Shown here: positions 62,286-64,000 of the stretch, in pieces
Numbering within the stretch: position 1 is the first letter of the stretch
How the letters are laid out: each line of letters begins with the position of its first letter
NCBI GenBank assembly: GCA_017475045.1
Contig: JAFVGH010000128.1
Coordinates: 22,779-86,778 of the forward strand
From: Fibrobacter sp.
Lineage (GTDB): Bacteria > Fibrobacterota > Fibrobacteria > Fibrobacterales > Fibrobacteraceae
Length of the DNA stretch: 64,000 nt
Direction of reading: 5' to 3'
The notes under the pieces: generated by a model
Told to the model about the DNA's origin: nothing
Database searches by the model: none
The model's input: only the letters and a program-made list of their open reading frames with translations
Made by a program: the position numbers and the translations under genes

Positions 62286-62514
62286 TTTGTACCTCCCTTT
62301 CCCATTTGTTCACTAATTTAGATAATTTTCATGACAAAAGTATGACAATTCTTCAGAATAATTTTTTTGTAATCGTACAAGATGTAGTATTCCCGATGAG
62401 GGTGTTGCTACAACTTCTTGATAGTTAATGAGATAATAAAGCAAGCCTCCAAAGTGGAATAATTTGCTTTGGATTAAGGCCGTGATTTAAATCACTTGCA
62501 AAAGGTGCATGTCT

Positions 62515-63270
62515 TTAGGGTAGGGGAAATTTTTCCCGATATTTTTCGACGATGTTCGCCGATATCTCTGCAGTGATGACCTGCTCTTTTCCCGCATCCG
62601 CCTTTGCAATGCATTCACCGTCGGGGGCGATGACTTGGGAATTTCCGATGTAGGTTCCATCGGTGGAAACGTTGTTTACTGCAATGACGTAGGCCTGGTT
62701 TTCAATGGCCCGTGCACGCAGTAATGTTTCCCAGTGCTCGTTACGCACGGCAGGCCAGGATGCTTGTACTGTAAAGGCCTGGGCGCCTTTGGCTCGAGCC
62801 TCTCGGAACAACTCCGGGAATCTTAAGTCGAAACAGATGCTGGTGGCAACGACAATATCTTTTGTTTTGAACAAAGTAGTTTCTTTGCCGGCAATGAATT
62901 CTTTTTGTTCGGGGAAGAAGGGGTGAACCTTGTCGTAGTAAGTCTGTTCGCTTGTTGCTTTTGTAGGGGAGTAAAGGCAGGTGCGGTTGGTAAATCCGTT
63001 GCCCGTGCGGTGCATGCCGCCACCCAAGACGAAACAGCCTGTCTCATGCGCAAGCTGCCTCAGCATTTGTGCGGTAGGACCGTTACCCTTTTCGAAATCT
63101 TCGGCAAGTTCTTCGGCTTGTTCTGGAATATACCCAGTGGCAAACATCTCGGGGAACAGAATTAAACTTTCTGGTGCGGGGCTTGCGCCGATCACCCTCT
63201 GCCTTGCCTTCTCCAGGTTCTTTTCTTTATTGCCCGGAATGGACTGCATCTGTACGAGATAAACTTGCAT
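62515..63270 (-). CDS. Nitrilase-superfamily carbon-nitrogen hydrolase (omega-amidase/YafV-like)
   Basis: FPEMFATGY, YDKVH, SICFDLRFPELFR (Glu-Lys-Cys triad), RARAIENQ. Confidence 0.9.
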   Translation of the reverse strand: MQVYLVQMQSIPGNKEKNLEKARQRVIGASPAPESLILFPEMFATGYIPEQAEELAEDFEKGNGPTAQMLRQLAHETGCFVLGGGMHRTGNGFTNRTCLYSPTKATSEQTYYDKVHPFFPEQKEFIAGKETTLFKTKDIVVATSICFDLRFPELFREARAKGAQAFTVQASWPAVRNEHWETLLRARAIENQAYVIAVNNVSTDGTYIGNSQVIAPDGECIAKADAGKEQVITAEISANIVEKYREKFPLP

Positions 63271-63310
63271 ACGGGTGAAATGTAGTAAATAGTAGGAAGT
63301 GACATGAACG

Positions 63311-63352
63311 TGTCATCCTGAGCGGAGCCGTTAGGCGAAGTCGAAGGATCTA
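63311..63352. repeat. Short palindromic intergenic element (REP-like)
   Basis: TGTCATCCTGAGCGGAGCCGTTAGGCGAAGTCGAAGGATCTA: ATCCT/AGGAT outer stem, GCC/GGC inner stem; resembles GTCATCCTGAGC...GAAGGATC repeats; single copy in this window. Confidence 0.5.
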
Positions 63353-63403
63353 GAATCAAGGGGTGTTTTTTATATTTAGTAACGAGAAAAAGGAAGTGTG
63401 AAA

Positions 63404-64000
63404 ATGAAGAACCCTTTATACAAAAGAATTGCGGCATTGTTGGTTCTCATAGTGGCGACTAATGTTTTCGCTATGCAAATTTTCGTAAAGACTCTGGAAG
63501 GGAAAACAATAACGTTGGAAGTAGAATCCGGTGATTCTATAGATAATGTCAGGGCGAAAATTCAAGACAAGGAGGGTATCCCTCCGGATCAGCAGCAACT
63601 AATCTTTGCGGGAAAAGAACTGGAAGATGGCCATACCTTGGCGGATTACAACATACAGAAAGAGGCAACCCTCCATCTCATTATTCGTTTGCGTGAAGGA
63701 GAGAGTTCAAGTTCTGAGGAAAATGGGTCCAGCTCTTCTGAAACGGTGGAATCAAGTTCGTCCGAAATGGAGGAGTCGAGCTCGTCCAAAACTGTAGAAT
63801 CGAGTTTCTCGAAAAATATGGTGTCAAGTTCTGCAACAGCCAAGACGGAATCCCTGTATCCCGAGTATGCTGAAGGCATGGAATTTGTTGTTTCCGATAA
63901 CAAGTTGACGGTGGTCGATTCGAAAGACTCCGATGTCAGGATTTTTGTTTTTGATATGATGGGCAACCTGAAAAAGAGTTCAGCTAGCCATTCTGTGAGC
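63404..64000 (+). CDS. Secreted eukaryote-like ubiquitin-domain protein (signal peptide - ubiquitin - Ser-rich linker - T9SS-like CTD); 3' end outside window
   Basis: AAGGAAG SD; [23 protein letters not shown]|[76 protein letters not shown]|[22 protein letters not shown]...[15 protein letters not shown]; frame open to the window end. Confidence 0.95.
   Translation, partial: MKNPLYKRIAALLVLIVATNVFAMQIFVKTLEGKTITLEVESGDSIDNVRAKIQDKEGIPPDQQQLIFAGKELEDGHTLADYNIQKEATLHLIIRLREGESSSSEENGSSSSETVESSSSEMEESSSSKTVESSFSKNMVSSSATAKTESLYPEYAEGMEFVVSDNKLTVVDSKDSDVRIFVFDMMGNLKKSSASHSVS

Noticed and set aside
63473-63700. Ubiquitin as eukaryotic contamination
   Set aside because: It is in frame with a bacterial signal peptide, has an SD and a Fibrobacter-style linker, has no intron, polyubiquitin or ribosomal-protein fusion, and lacks GG. 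Read-level confirmation is still advisable.
63416-63966. Track ORFs 63416..63598 (-), 63606..63797 (+) and 63646..63966 (-)
   Set aside because: Antisense or off-frame shadows of the ubiquitin-domain gene that starts at 63404.

Overview
Bacterial chromosomal window, very likely from a Fibrobacter species: it has a Fib_succ_major (FISUMP) lipoprotein, CAZymes with Ser-rich linkers and basic C-terminal tails, and the Ahb heme enzymes. Most genes are housekeeping (rpsT, proC, rho, folK, panC, ftsK, ispE, tRNA-Gln, rplY, a dnaA-like gene, U32 hydroxylase, glycogen enzymes) or polysaccharide-degrading (GH10-CBM6, GH2, GH141-like-CBM6). A ~13.8 kb co-oriented accessory block between ftsK and ispE combines an outer-membrane/MMPL transport set, a STAS protein, a PLP enzyme, a stand-alone A-T-C NRPS, a MATE-HATPase fusion and a membrane PP2C phosphatase. 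The most striking signal is missing from the supplied ORF track because it runs off the right edge. At 63404 a gene begins that encodes a signal peptide, a eukaryote-like ubiquitin domain (62/76 identical to human ubiquitin by manual alignment, no C-terminal GG), a Ser-rich linker and the start of a T9SS-like C-terminal domain. Other notable items: a probable GH10 pseudoenzyme, a Q/N-rich Rho, a DnaA lacking the arginine finger, an mglA-mglB operon with outer-membrane barrels, widespread leaderless-type gene starts, an unannotated 46-aa ORF and a multi-hairpin intergenic region. No CRISPR array, transposase or integrase was seen. All family calls come from manual motif recognition; no searches were run.
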